In this document: positions 8,125 to 15,988 of the stretch, in pieces | Layout: the number at the start of each line of letters is the position of its first letter | How positions within the stretch are numbered: position 1 is the first letter of the stretch | IMG/VR virus record: IMGVR_UViG_3300044638_000550 | Source of the DNA: an uncultured virus (IMG/VR IMGVR_UViG_3300044638_000550) | Lineage: Duplodnaviria > Heunggongvirae > Uroviricota > Caudoviricetes | Length of the DNA stretch: 64,000 nt | Strand: one strand, 5' to 3' | Position numbers and translations under genes: made by a program | Notes under the pieces: generated by a model | What the model saw: the letters and a program-made list of their open reading frames with translations, nothing else | Database searches by the model: none | Told to the model about the DNA's origin: nothing

Positions 8125-9185
8125 AATTTTGATAACCATTGTTCATACACCTGGTTAGCAATTTGAGCAGTCATAACTGGTGGAACGCTCATGCCAATCA
8201 TGTAATGTGGTTTTTGTCCACAAAAGTCATAATCCTGTGGATATGTACAAATGCTACAAGCCTCTTGTTTGCTTGTGTATTTGGGTGCATCAAACAAAAC
8301 AAGGCTATCTTCGTGTGATGTCAATGTGTAAGCCACTTTATTTTTATACAAATAAGTTTGGCTGAAATAGGCTTGTTTACCCGTTATGCGAACGCTTCCA
8401 GACAACATATCACCATCACCAAACTCCCTTGCATCCCATATTTTTGTCATGTTTTCGCTTAGATTTCGTCCTTCACAATCTTGAATTTCTCCAAATAAAA
8501 TCGGTTTTTCTTTAAATTCAAGGCGAAACTTAGGTGCAAGCGTAAACATATCGATGGATTCTAAAAATGGGTCTGCCAAGTCTTTACGCATGGCAACAAA
8601 GAAAACACGTTCACGTTTTTGAGGAACGCCCATTGTTGAAGCATCTAAAAGCCAATGCTGAACGATGTATCCGGCAGCATCAAATGCTTCATAAATTTTT
8701 GATACATAAGCCCTAGCTTCACCTAACAACAAGCCTTTTACATTTTCAGCAATAACTACTTTTGGTTGAAGTTTTTTAGCTAAATCAATAAAGTCAAAAA
8801 ACAATGTATCTAAAACTTGTTCAGCTTGGCCTTCACGAAATTTCTTTTCTTTTCCCCAATCAGCTTCTCGGCTACCTGCCATTGAAAAACTTGAGCAAGG
8901 CGGCGAACCATCAAGAATGTCTAAATCGTAAAGTTCTTTAGGTAAATCATCACGCAATTTAAATTGTTGTATAGGTTCAAGAAAAGCATATTTAGGGTTG
9001 TGGTTGGTTTTATAGGCTTGAATCATCTTTGGATCAATTTCATTGCAACCAAGAACATCAAATCCGGCAAGTTTGTAGCCCATAGTTGAACCACCACCAC
9101 ACGCAAAGCATGAAAAAACTTTGCCTTTATCTTTTGTAAAATTGGCCTCTGCCAATGTCCATTTATATGGAAATTTATGTGTCAT
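8121..9185 (-). CDS. C5 cytosine DNA methyltransferase (A only)
   Basis: FACGGG, GSPPCSSFS, ENV, QKRERVF motifs. Confidence 0.93.
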   Translation of the reverse strand: MTHKFPYKWTLAEANFTKDKGKVFSCFACGGGSTMGYKLAGFDVLGCNEIDPKMIQAYKTNHNPKYAFLEPIQQFKLRDDLPKELYDLDILDGSPPCSSFSMAGSREADWGKEKKFREGQAEQVLDTLFFDFIDLAKKLQPKVVIAENVKGLLLGEARAYVSKIYEAFDAAGYIVQHWLLDASTMGVPQKRERVFFVAMRKDLADPFLESIDMFTLAPKFRLEFKEKPILFGEIQDCEGRNLSENMTKIWDAREFGDGDMLSGSVRITGKQAYFSQTYLYKNKVAYTLTSHEDSLVLFDAPKYTSKQEACSICTYPQDYDFCGQKPHYMIGMSVPPVMTAQIANQVYEQWLSKL

Positions 9186-9928
9186 GCTTTACCCCTTAAT
9201 GCTGCCATCTTTGCCAAAACTTCTAAAGATGGGGGAACGGCTTTTTTGTCATCAGCCCTAATCTTTTCCAATGCGGCATCAGGCTTGTTATTCATTGGAA
9301 CTGTAAGCCTCACAACGTCATAAGGGTTTTGTTTGGGTGCGTTAGTGCTTCTAACCCAATTGCGCCAGGTTGCAAACCAATCTAACTTCACACCCTTTTG
9401 ACCTGCTTGTGCAATCCAATAATCTTTAAATTGGTCAAATGTTTTTGTTGGGTTAAGTTCAGGTCTTGTTTGTTGGCAAAATTCTTGCCATTCTTTTGGA
9501 AAACTAAAATCAGAAGCGAGGCGTTTGCCGAGTATCTTCTTTTGGTTATTGGTTATTGGTTTATGGTTTATGGTTGCTATTGGGGTAGCATTAGGGGGGC
9601 TAATAGCCTCCCCATTGGGGGGTGTTGCCCACCTCTTAGCTGCCCCACGTTTACCAGCTATTGAAAACTCTTTGTATTGCTTAATTTCCTTGTCAGCCCT
9701 TGGGTTTACAAAGCCTTCAGGTGTGGATAAGAAGAATTCGTTTAACACTGTCATCACATCTTCTTCATGGTCACGCATCCCAATTTGACGGGCAATATCC
9801 CTATGCTTTATTGGTTGCTCATGTAGAAAATAGAAATCAAGCAAGCGCCTATAAGCCAAATCTTCCAACAAAGAAAGATGGTGTGTGTGACTTTTATAGT
9901 CACCAATATGGAACTGGTAATAGTGCAT
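9182..9928 (-). CDS. Replication initiator with YdaU/DUF1376-like N-terminus
   Basis: MHYYQFHIGDY...LAYRRLLDFY; C-terminal FKDYW...DWFATWRNW; follows cro. Confidence 0.75.
   Translation of the reverse strand: MHYYQFHIGDYKSHTHHLSLLEDLAYRRLLDFYFLHEQPIKHRDIARQIGMRDHEEDVMTVLNEFFLSTPEGFVNPRADKEIKQYKEFSIAGKRGAAKRWATPPNGEAISPPNATPIATINHKPITNNQKKILGKRLASDFSFPKEWQEFCQQTRPELNPTKTFDQFKDYWIAQAGQKGVKLDWFATWRNWVRSTNAPKQNPYDVVRLTVPMNNKPDAALEKIRADDKKAVPPSLEVLAKMAALRGKA
9543..9650. repeat. Short tandem repeats and G-rich iteron-like repeats inside rep (putative origin)
   Basis: TTGGTTA/TGGTTTA tandem units followed by repeated ATT(A)GGGG motifs. Confidence 0.45.
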
Positions 9929-9953
9929 AACTCGCCTTTTCACCCCCTTAAAA

Positions 9954-10020
9954 GAAACTGCGGCAGGAGAGGGAGGAACTCTTTTCGGAACGGGGATCAA
10001 TCCATTCCTAGCCGTGTTTC
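9954..10020 (-). ncRNA. Three-way-junction structured RNA in rep leader
   Basis: Covarying stems versus B copy 43279-43345. Confidence 0.7.
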
Positions 10021-10028
10021 AAACAATC

Positions 10029-10184
10029 TTAATCCAAAAACCAATCTGGACGCAACAACTTTAATTGCCAAACCCTTGCTTGTGGCACAGTTTTCCATTG
10101 AGAAATAGCCGCTTGGCTGATGCCTAATAATTTGCCTAGCTCACTCTGTGAGCCAGCTAATGCAATAAACTTATCTTTATTCAT
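10029..10184 (-). CDS. cro: Cro-like HTH repressor, 51 aa (not in ORF track)
   Basis: Manual translation MNKDKFIALAGSQSELGKLLGISQAAISQWKTVPQARVWQLKLLRPDWFLD. Confidence 0.88.
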   Translation of the reverse strand: MNKDKFIALAGSQSELGKLLGISQAAISQWKTVPQARVWQLKLLRPDWFLD

Positions 10185-10247
10185 AAGACAAATTATACAC
10201 AAATTTGCATAAAAGCAACATTAGGGTTTATCCCTACAAAATAATTG

Positions 10248-10318
10248 TTGACTCATGTATAAGTTGCCTTATAATTCACCCATGCCCTGAACTTCTTGGG
10301 GTCTTTTAAGGAAACAAA
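10248..10318 (+). promoter_or_regulatory. Early promoter/operator/hairpin/RBS cassette A1
   Basis: TTGACT-N16-TATAAT, palindrome TATAAG-N4-CTTATA, GCCCT..GGGGT hairpin, CTTTTAAGGAAA. Confidence 0.85.
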
Positions 10319-10555
10319 ATGACAAATGCAACAACTTTTGAAGTCCCATCAAAACAAACAAAATTTGGCAACATTGTTCGCCACCCTGTTGGTGTCTTTA
10401 GTCGCACTAATCCTTTATGGACAGGCACAGGCAATAGTGGCAAGAAATTTTTAATTTCTACAAATGGTACTTGGTATTCCACTTACAACAACTCCAAGAA
10501 AATTTCTCTTGGTTACAAGTTAGATGAAGTTTCTAAAGCATTAGAGCAACTGTAA
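10319..10555 (+). CDS. Early hypothetical protein
   Basis: Strong promoter and RBS directly upstream. Confidence 0.75.
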   Translation: MTNATTFEVPSKQTKFGNIVRHPVGVFSRTNPLWTGTGNSGKKFLISTNGTWYSTYNNSKKISLGYKLDEVSKALEQL

Positions 10556-10573
10556 AAATATTTTTATTAAGTG

Positions 10574-10645
10574 TTGACATTTCTTTATAAGATAACTTAT
10601 ACTTAAACCATGCCCTACTTTTGGGGTCTATTTAGGAGAAATCAA
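10574..10645 (+). promoter_or_regulatory. Early cassette A2
   Basis: TTGACA-N18-TATACT, TATAAG-N4-CTTATA, GCCCTA..TGGGGT hairpin, AGGAG RBS. Confidence 0.85.
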
Positions 10646-10855
10646 ATGAGCAAAAATGAAAAAATCTTTAATGCAATTCAAAAAGCAATTAGCAATGGAT
10701 CATGTGAATGGTCTGACATTGTTCAATCTGTTGAAGATGCAAAAATCCCTGTAAAAAATTGGATGGAAGTTCGTGGTGTTCTTCAATGGATGCGTAACGA
10801 AAAAATTATTGTTCGTGTAAAAGATGTTCATAAAGAACAATACATTGTTGTTTAA
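10646..10855 (+). CDS. Early hypothetical protein (possibly winged helix)
   Basis: AGGAG RBS; helical pattern ending in a beta hairpin. Confidence 0.7.
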   Translation: MSKNEKIFNAIQKAISNGSCEWSDIVQSVEDAKIPVKNWMEVRGVLQWMRNEKIIVRVKDVHKEQYIVV

Positions 10856-10865
10856 GGAAATCAAA

Positions 10866-11093
10866 ATGCAAGATGGATTACAAATTTTTTGGATTGCAAA
10901 ACGCAAATTTTGCGTTCATGTTCACACTCTTCGTCATTTACCTAATAACTTTCAATGTGTATCTGTAACAGAAGAACGCAGATTGAATGGGATGGCTTGG
11001 GATGGTAGTAAATCATGGTTTCGCAATGTTTCCAAAGACATGAAACAACAAGCAATTAACCAATACAAATTGTTAACTTCATTTGATGTTTAA
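10866..11093 (+). CDS. Early hypothetical protein
   Basis: AAGGAAATCAAA RBS before MQDGL. Confidence 0.7.
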   Translation: MQDGLQIFWIAKRKFCVHVHTLRHLPNNFQCVSVTEERRLNGMAWDGSKSWFRNVSKDMKQQAINQYKLLTSFDV

Positions 11094-11102
11094 GGAAACC
11101 AA

Positions 11103-11375
11103 ATGATTGACTACAAACTCCACTATTATTTTGATGACGTTGTGTCTTATGACAATGGCACAACGCTTGAAAACGTCAAAGTCGGCTATGACTACTACCC
11201 ACCTGAAATCAATATGCCGCATGACCATAACTCAGCGGAAATTTACGATGTGTTTGTTTTTAATTTAAAGGGTGATGACATTTCTTGTGATCTGCCCTTG
11301 TCTGAATTTGAACACGTTGTGTCAGAGGCCAAGATTCACCACGCTCGTATGTTGAAAGAACAAAATGAAATCTAA
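11103..11375 (+). CDS. Conserved acidic early protein
   Basis: Near-identical in B (45633-45905). Confidence 0.8.
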   Translation: MIDYKLHYYFDDVVSYDNGTTLENVKVGYDYYPPEINMPHDHNSAEIYDVFVFNLKGDDISCDLPLSEFEHVVSEAKIHHARMLKEQNEI

Positions 11376-11457
11376 GATTATTCAAACACTTATTGAGTGG
11401 ACGCTTGCCATCATCATCTTTGGCGGCATTGGCGTACTTTTAGCCTGGAGGGGATAA
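11365..11457 (+). CDS. 30-aa membrane peptide
   Basis: MKSKIIQTLIEWTLAIIIFGGIGVLLAWRG; conserved in B. Confidence 0.7.
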   Translation: MKSKIIQTLIEWTLAIIIFGGIGVLLAWRG

Positions 11458-11616
11458 ATGAACACACGATTTCTTAAACAAGTAAGACGCATATTTTCAC
11501 GGTATGACGCACCGCCTGAAGTTATCCGTTCTTATCAACGCCAATGGGTGCGCTCTGTGCGCCAGCTTGGTAATAAATGGTTAGTCGCTAAACAAATTGA
11601 AAGGATCGAATCATGA
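11458..11616 (+). CDS. 52-aa basic hypothetical protein (A only)
   Basis: Read manually: MNTRFLKQVRRIF...; ATGA overlap with erf. Confidence 0.65.
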   Translation: MNTRFLKQVRRIFSRYDAPPEVIRSYQRQWVRSVRQLGNKWLVAKQIERIES

Positions 11617-12170
11617 AAAATTTAGCAACCGCATTGGTCAAGGCTCAAAAGGCTTTTGGCCCTGCTTTAAAGTCCTCTACAAACCCGCATTTCAAGTCAC
11701 GCTATGCTGACCTATCCGCTTGCGTTGAAGCTGTCCTAGACGCTTTAAACAACAACGGCATTGCCTTAGTGCAGAAATCTTATGACTGTGAAAATGGCGT
11801 GATGGTTGAAACCATGTTTGTCCATGAGTCAGGCGAAATGATGGAATGCGGCATTCTGCATTTCCCCGCAAGCAAAGCAGACCCACAAGGCCACATGAGC
11901 GCTTTGACCTATGCCCGCAGAGGATCGCTGATGGCAGCTTGCGGGATAGCCCCTGAAGATGATGATGGCAACGCAGCCAGCCGCAGAACCGTGATTACTT
12001 CAACAATTGACGAAAACGCCCTTGTAGACCATTTAGCGGCTATTGAGGCATCTACCGATCAAGACAGTCTGAAAAACGCCTACAAAGCTGCTTATGCCGC
12101 TTGTAACGGTGATTCTGATTGGCAGAAGAAAGTTATTGCAGCCAAAGACAAAGCAAAGGGGAAATTATGA
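11613..12170 (+). CDS. erf: ERF-family single-strand annealing protein
   Basis: NPHFKSRYADL, SALTYARR, EDDDGN motifs. Confidence 0.9.
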   Translation: MKNLATALVKAQKAFGPALKSSTNPHFKSRYADLSACVEAVLDALNNNGIALVQKSYDCENGVMVETMFVHESGEMMECGILHFPASKADPQGHMSALTYARRGSLMAACGIAPEDDDGNAASRRTVITSTIDENALVDHLAAIEASTDQDSLKNAYKAAYAACNGDSDWQKKVIAAKDKAKGKL

Positions 12171-12793
12171 TTGAAATGATTGAACAAGGCTCAGACCAAT
12201 GGTTTGCAGCACGAATTGGCAAAGTCACCGCATCTCGTGTGGCTGATGTACTTGCCAAGACCAAAACGGGTTATTCAACAACTCGGGACAACTACATGGC
12301 GCAGCTGGTGTGCGAACGCCTGACGGGTCAAAAGGGCGACAGTTTCACAAATGCTGCCATGCAACATGGAACTGAAACAGAACCGTTAGCCCGTATATCG
12401 TATGAAGTCGCCCAAAACGTATTAGTCGATGAAGTAGGGTTTGTTCCCCATCCATCCATCATTATGGCGGGCGCTTCCCCTGATGGCCTGGTTGGTGAAG
12501 ATGGCCTGTTGGAAATCAAATGCCCTAACACCGCCACGCACATTGAGACTTTGCTTAGTCAAACTGTGCCAGGCAAATACAACACCCAGATGCAATTCCA
12601 AATGGCTTGCACAGGGCGCAGCTGGTGTGACTTTGTGTCTTTTGACAACCGTCTACCCGCAGAACTTCAGTTGTTTGTTAAACGTGTCCCACGGGACAAT
12701 ATGTATATCAGGCTAATGGAAGAAGAAATTGTCAAATTCTTAAATGAACTTGATATAAAAATTGCTCAACTTATGGAAATTAAAAATGTCTAA
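12167..12793 (+). CDS. YqaJ/lambda-type exonuclease
   Basis: EQGSDQW..R.G..TAS, ASPDG, LEIKCP, QMQ.QM motifs. Confidence 0.93.
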   Translation: MIEMIEQGSDQWFAARIGKVTASRVADVLAKTKTGYSTTRDNYMAQLVCERLTGQKGDSFTNAAMQHGTETEPLARISYEVAQNVLVDEVGFVPHPSIIMAGASPDGLVGEDGLLEIKCPNTATHIETLLSQTVPGKYNTQMQFQMACTGRSWCDFVSFDNRLPAELQLFVKRVPRDNMYIRLMEEEIVKFLNELDIKIAQLMEIKNV

Positions 12794-13025
12794 ACTTTAC
12801 GAAATTACCGTTGTATCTGGTAAATACAAAAACAAAGACGGTGTGGAAAAATCCCGTTATCAAAACATTGGATCAGTTCTTGAAACCAAAAACGGCCCAA
12901 TGTTAAAGCTAGACAACATTCCTTTGATGGAGGGCGGCTGGTCAGGCTGGGCTTACCTAAACACGCCAAAGCCAAAAGAAGATCAAGGCTTTCCAAAGGA
13001 TGATGGGGAAGACATACCCTTTTAA
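12786..13025 (+). CDS. Small SSB-like protein
   Basis: Beta-rich with acidic EDIPF tail. Confidence 0.65.
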   Translation: MSKLYEITVVSGKYKNKDGVEKSRYQNIGSVLETKNGPMLKLDNIPLMEGGWSGWAYLNTPKPKEDQGFPKDDGEDIPF

Positions 13026-13063
13026 AATGATATACTTGAGGCATACATTTTTAAAGGAATTTT

Positions 13064-13549
13064 ATGAAAGTATGCCGTGATTGTTATGTTGAACAACCTT
13101 TGTCTGAGTTTTACAAACATGGAAAAATGCAAGATGGGCATCTTAATAAATGCAAATTTTGCGTTAAAAAACGTGTAACTAAACGCAGAAATGACAACAT
13201 AGATGAAATGCAAGAATATGAACGCAAAAGGTCAATGCTTCCTCATCGTGTTCAATCAAGAAAAGAATCTGCAAAAAAATATGCTCAAACAGAAGCTGGC
13301 AAAGAAGCAAAACGAAAAGCAATGAAACTATATTTTGAGCGATACCCACTAAAAAGGGCTGCTCATATTATTGTTGGCAATGCACTTCGGGATGGCCGTT
13401 TAACAAAACAATTTGAATGTTCAGTTTGCAATTCAAATAAAAAAATTGAAGCACATCACAATGACTACACAAAACCATTTGATGTTAGATGGTTGTGTGA
13501 AAAATGTCATAAGAATTGGCATAAAACAAATATGCCAATTTACAGTTAA
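13064..13549 (+). CDS. HNH endonuclease-like protein (A only)
   Basis: N-terminal CxxC..CxxC; C-terminal CSVC..AHHNDY.KP..V.WLCEKCH. Confidence 0.8.
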   Translation: MKVCRDCYVEQPLSEFYKHGKMQDGHLNKCKFCVKKRVTKRRNDNIDEMQEYERKRSMLPHRVQSRKESAKKYAQTEAGKEAKRKAMKLYFERYPLKRAAHIIVGNALRDGRLTKQFECSVCNSNKKIEAHHNDYTKPFDVRWLCEKCHKNWHKTNMPIYS

Positions 13550-13550
13550 C

Positions 13551-13599
13551 GGGGGGAAAGCCATGCAATTTTGCTTGCGGACGAATGGTTAGTACCCCC
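13551..13599 (+). ncRNA. Loop-E-containing structured RNA
   Basis: GGGG-GAA...AGUA-CCCC with covarying inner stem versus B 47587-47643. Confidence 0.65.
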
Positions 13600-13616
13600 A
13601 CCCATTAGGAACAATC

Positions 13617-13937
13617 ATGGACTACAAAAAAATGTTTGACAGAATATTTCCCGAATTTCCACGGGTCAGGGCTAACGATCCCGTAACCTCATTTGAGGCA
13701 GCAGAGTCAATTAAAGACGCTGTTTCCCAACATCACCAGGTCATTTTGGATTGCTTACAAAAACACGGTGCTTTGGGCAAAGACGGGATTTCAGCCCGTA
13801 CAAACTTAGATGGTAATCAGGTAGCCAGGCGCTTAAACGAAATGAAAGTCATTGGGCTTATCCAATTGACAGGCAACACGGTTAAATCCAATTCAGGCAG
13901 AAATGAAAGAGAATGGCAATGTATCCACTCGGATTAA
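13617..13937 (+). CDS. Winged-helix DNA-binding protein
   Basis: R.NDP.TS.EAA N-terminus, VARRLNEM helix, SGR.EREW wing. Confidence 0.7.
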   Translation: MDYKKMFDRIFPEFPRVRANDPVTSFEAAESIKDAVSQHHQVILDCLQKHGALGKDGISARTNLDGNQVARRLNEMKVIGLIQLTGNTVKSNSGRNEREWQCIHSD

Positions 13938-14104
13938 ATGGTAATCAGCCTGTTCACAAATTAAAAACTTGTAATAAATGCGATGAAATTAAACCACCTG
14001 AAGGCGGCATTGACATGGGCCACAAATGGATTTGCCAAACTTGTTGGATTCTTAGAACCACAGGGCGGCATCAAAGGGACAAGCAAACCCTGCCCACCTT
14101 GTAA
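13913..14104 (+). CDS. Small zinc-finger protein
   Basis: CNKC...WICQTCW; conserved in B. Confidence 0.6.
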   Translation: MAMYPLGLNGNQPVHKLKTCNKCDEIKPPEGGIDMGHKWICQTCWILRTTGRHQRDKQTLPTL

Positions 14105-14136
14105 TGGTAACTGTAACCAAGGAAGGAACTGCCCAA

Positions 14137-14331
14137 ATGACCAAAGACGATCTAATTAGTTTGCTACGCATGACAGGCGCTCAAGAGAACTCTATAGAGG
14201 CCGTATGCGCTGCTTACGATGCGGGTTGGAACGATGCCCTTGACGATTACGCAAAACGCATAGAGCCGCTGCCTTTTGGCAAAGTCACAATTGACAGCTT
14301 TAGTATTTTTATCAAAGACGCTAAGAAATAA
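14137..14331 (+). CDS. Hypothetical protein, last early gene
   Basis: MTKDDLISLL..AYDAGWNDAL; conserved in B. Confidence 0.7.
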   Translation: MTKDDLISLLRMTGAQENSIEAVCAAYDAGWNDALDDYAKRIEPLPFGKVTIDSFSIFIKDAKK

Positions 14332-14764
14332 GGGCGCACTCGGCTTTTCTGCGTTTCAGTAAGCCTGGCAACACTTTGCCGCCCCCTTTTGTCCACAGCA
14401 TCAATTGCTCTTTAGCGCCCTCCCAATCCCCTGCGTTTATCTTACGCTTGAGGGTTGAAGTTTGGAGTCGCCCATTTCCAAGGTTATAAACAAAGTCCAC
14501 AATGGCGTTACATTTGCGTTCATCAGTTGCAAGGATGGGGCATTGCCGCAACACGCCTGGCAAGTAAGTATGTTCCAGTTCTATCATCAACAGCGCCCTT
14601 GCGGTAGGCTCATCCATAGGCGCATCTTCCAAGGTCACTTTGCGCCCGTCAGAATAGTAAGTTGACCCGTAGCCAATCGTTGCAATCCCCGCAGGGCATA
14701 GGTAGGGCTTAGACCTAAACCCCTCAAACTGGCGACACAGAGCAGCAGCCAGTTCTAAGTTCAT
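14321..14764 (-). CDS. Endolysin, GH24 lysozyme
   Basis: FEG....YLCPAG..TIGYG catalytic motif, GL..RR.AE end. Confidence 0.93.
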   Translation of the reverse strand: MNLELAAALCRQFEGFRSKPYLCPAGIATIGYGSTYYSDGRKVTLEDAPMDEPTARALLMIELEHTYLPGVLRQCPILATDERKCNAIVDFVYNLGNGRLQTSTLKRKINAGDWEGAKEQLMLWTKGGGKVLPGLLKRRKAECALIS

Positions 14765-15261
14765 ATACCCCTCTTAGACAATGTACGGTCAAGAAACCAA
14801 TAATTAATTGTTCCTGAAAGCAAAGCAGAAAAGTCAGGGGTCATCATGGTTTTAAACACTTCCACAGCTGGCGCACCATTTAACCAGGCGTTGTAGGCAA
14901 ACCAAACATGGATAAATGACCACACAAACAAAACCCAATAAGTCACCATAGGGCGCACAGAGGCCGACAGGGAGGCAACCCATCCACCCGCTGCTTTAAC
15001 CATTTCGGCCTGTTGAACAATGGCGTTGTTAAAGGCATCCATCACGCCCACATCAATGGCGGCTTCCCGTTGTGCGCCAATTTCAGCTAATTTCTGCTGA
15101 CCACGCTGGGCTTCCAAGTCGCATTGGAACTTAAACATATTAAGTTCGTGCTGACGCTCATTCTTTTTATCAAGCCACTTTAAGACTTCGGGGGCCATCC
15201 TAAAAATGCCGCCAAAAATAGAACCCAACAAACCACCGCTTAAAACTTCAAACATGATCAA
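14761..15261 (-). CDS. Holin-like membrane protein
   Basis: Hydrophobic segments, SVRP motif, YWFLDR end, next to endolysin. Confidence 0.65.
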   Translation of the reverse strand: MIMFEVLSGGLLGSIFGGIFRMAPEVLKWLDKKNERQHELNMFKFQCDLEAQRGQQKLAEIGAQREAAIDVGVMDAFNNAIVQQAEMVKAAGGWVASLSASVRPMVTYWVLFVWSFIHVWFAYNAWLNGAPAVEVFKTMMTPDFSALLSGTINYWFLDRTLSKRGI

Positions 15262-15986
15262 TCCTCCGACATATCAGTTGCAGCCAGGTTAATGCGGGTC
15301 TTTAATGCCGCAATATCTTCAGGCTTATCTTTAAATCCAATGGCTACATATCCCGCAAACTTACCCATATCGGGAGGGATAGAGCCTCTACACATAAACT
15401 TAACACCTTGCTTAACACCCCACTCACCCACTTTAGATGACGGTTTAAATTCCTCACAAAGAATCTCACCATTAAGCATGGCAACCATTGCACCATTGCG
15501 GTCTGATGACGCATTAAACAATGAAGTAATAGAACCTTCAATAGATTTTTCCCGTGAGCCATCAGCATTTAAGGCCAAAACCGTTGTGCGGCTATTGGTT
15601 GATAAATTGGCTTTGTGAACCAAAAGAACAATTCCATCCACATCTTTAAGCAAACTACGGGCAGGGGCAAGCAAGTTTTCCTGTTTAGCCAACTGAGGCA
15701 TTTTGTCCTGAGTAGTAATTGCGTGAAGAATGACCTGGCGGGAATCCCAAGCAAAGTACCCAGCAAAGAATAAGAACGACAACAGAATGACCGTAAATAG
15801 CTTAAAAGGGTTATCTACCCACTCAATCAGGCCAATGACTTTACCAAGGGCGCTGTCGTCTTTCTTGGCCTCTGGCTTGGCAGCAGCTGGCGCAGCCAAA
15901 GACACATTGATTGTTTGTTCTGCTTTGGGTCTAGGTGTACGCCTTTTAACGGGCGCTACTTTGGCAGGGGCTTTTTTTGTAACCAT
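15258..15986 (-). CDS. Single-TM protein with GAF-like C-terminal domain, possibly T4 T-like holin (A only)
   Basis: Basic N-terminus, one TM segment, alpha/beta domain; in lysis cluster. Confidence 0.5.
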   Translation of the reverse strand: MVTKKAPAKVAPVKRRTPRPKAEQTINVSLAAPAAAKPEAKKDDSALGKVIGLIEWVDNPFKLFTVILLSFLFFAGYFAWDSRQVILHAITTQDKMPQLAKQENLLAPARSLLKDVDGIVLLVHKANLSTNSRTTVLALNADGSREKSIEGSITSLFNASSDRNGAMVAMLNGEILCEEFKPSSKVGEWGVKQGVKFMCRGSIPPDMGKFAGYVAIGFKDKPEDIAALKTRINLAATDMSED

Positions 15987-15988
15987 GT

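Noticed and set aside
9954..10020. Hammerhead ribozyme or tRNA
   Set aside because: GAAA is present but there is no CUGANGA core in the junction, and no cloverleaf or T-loop
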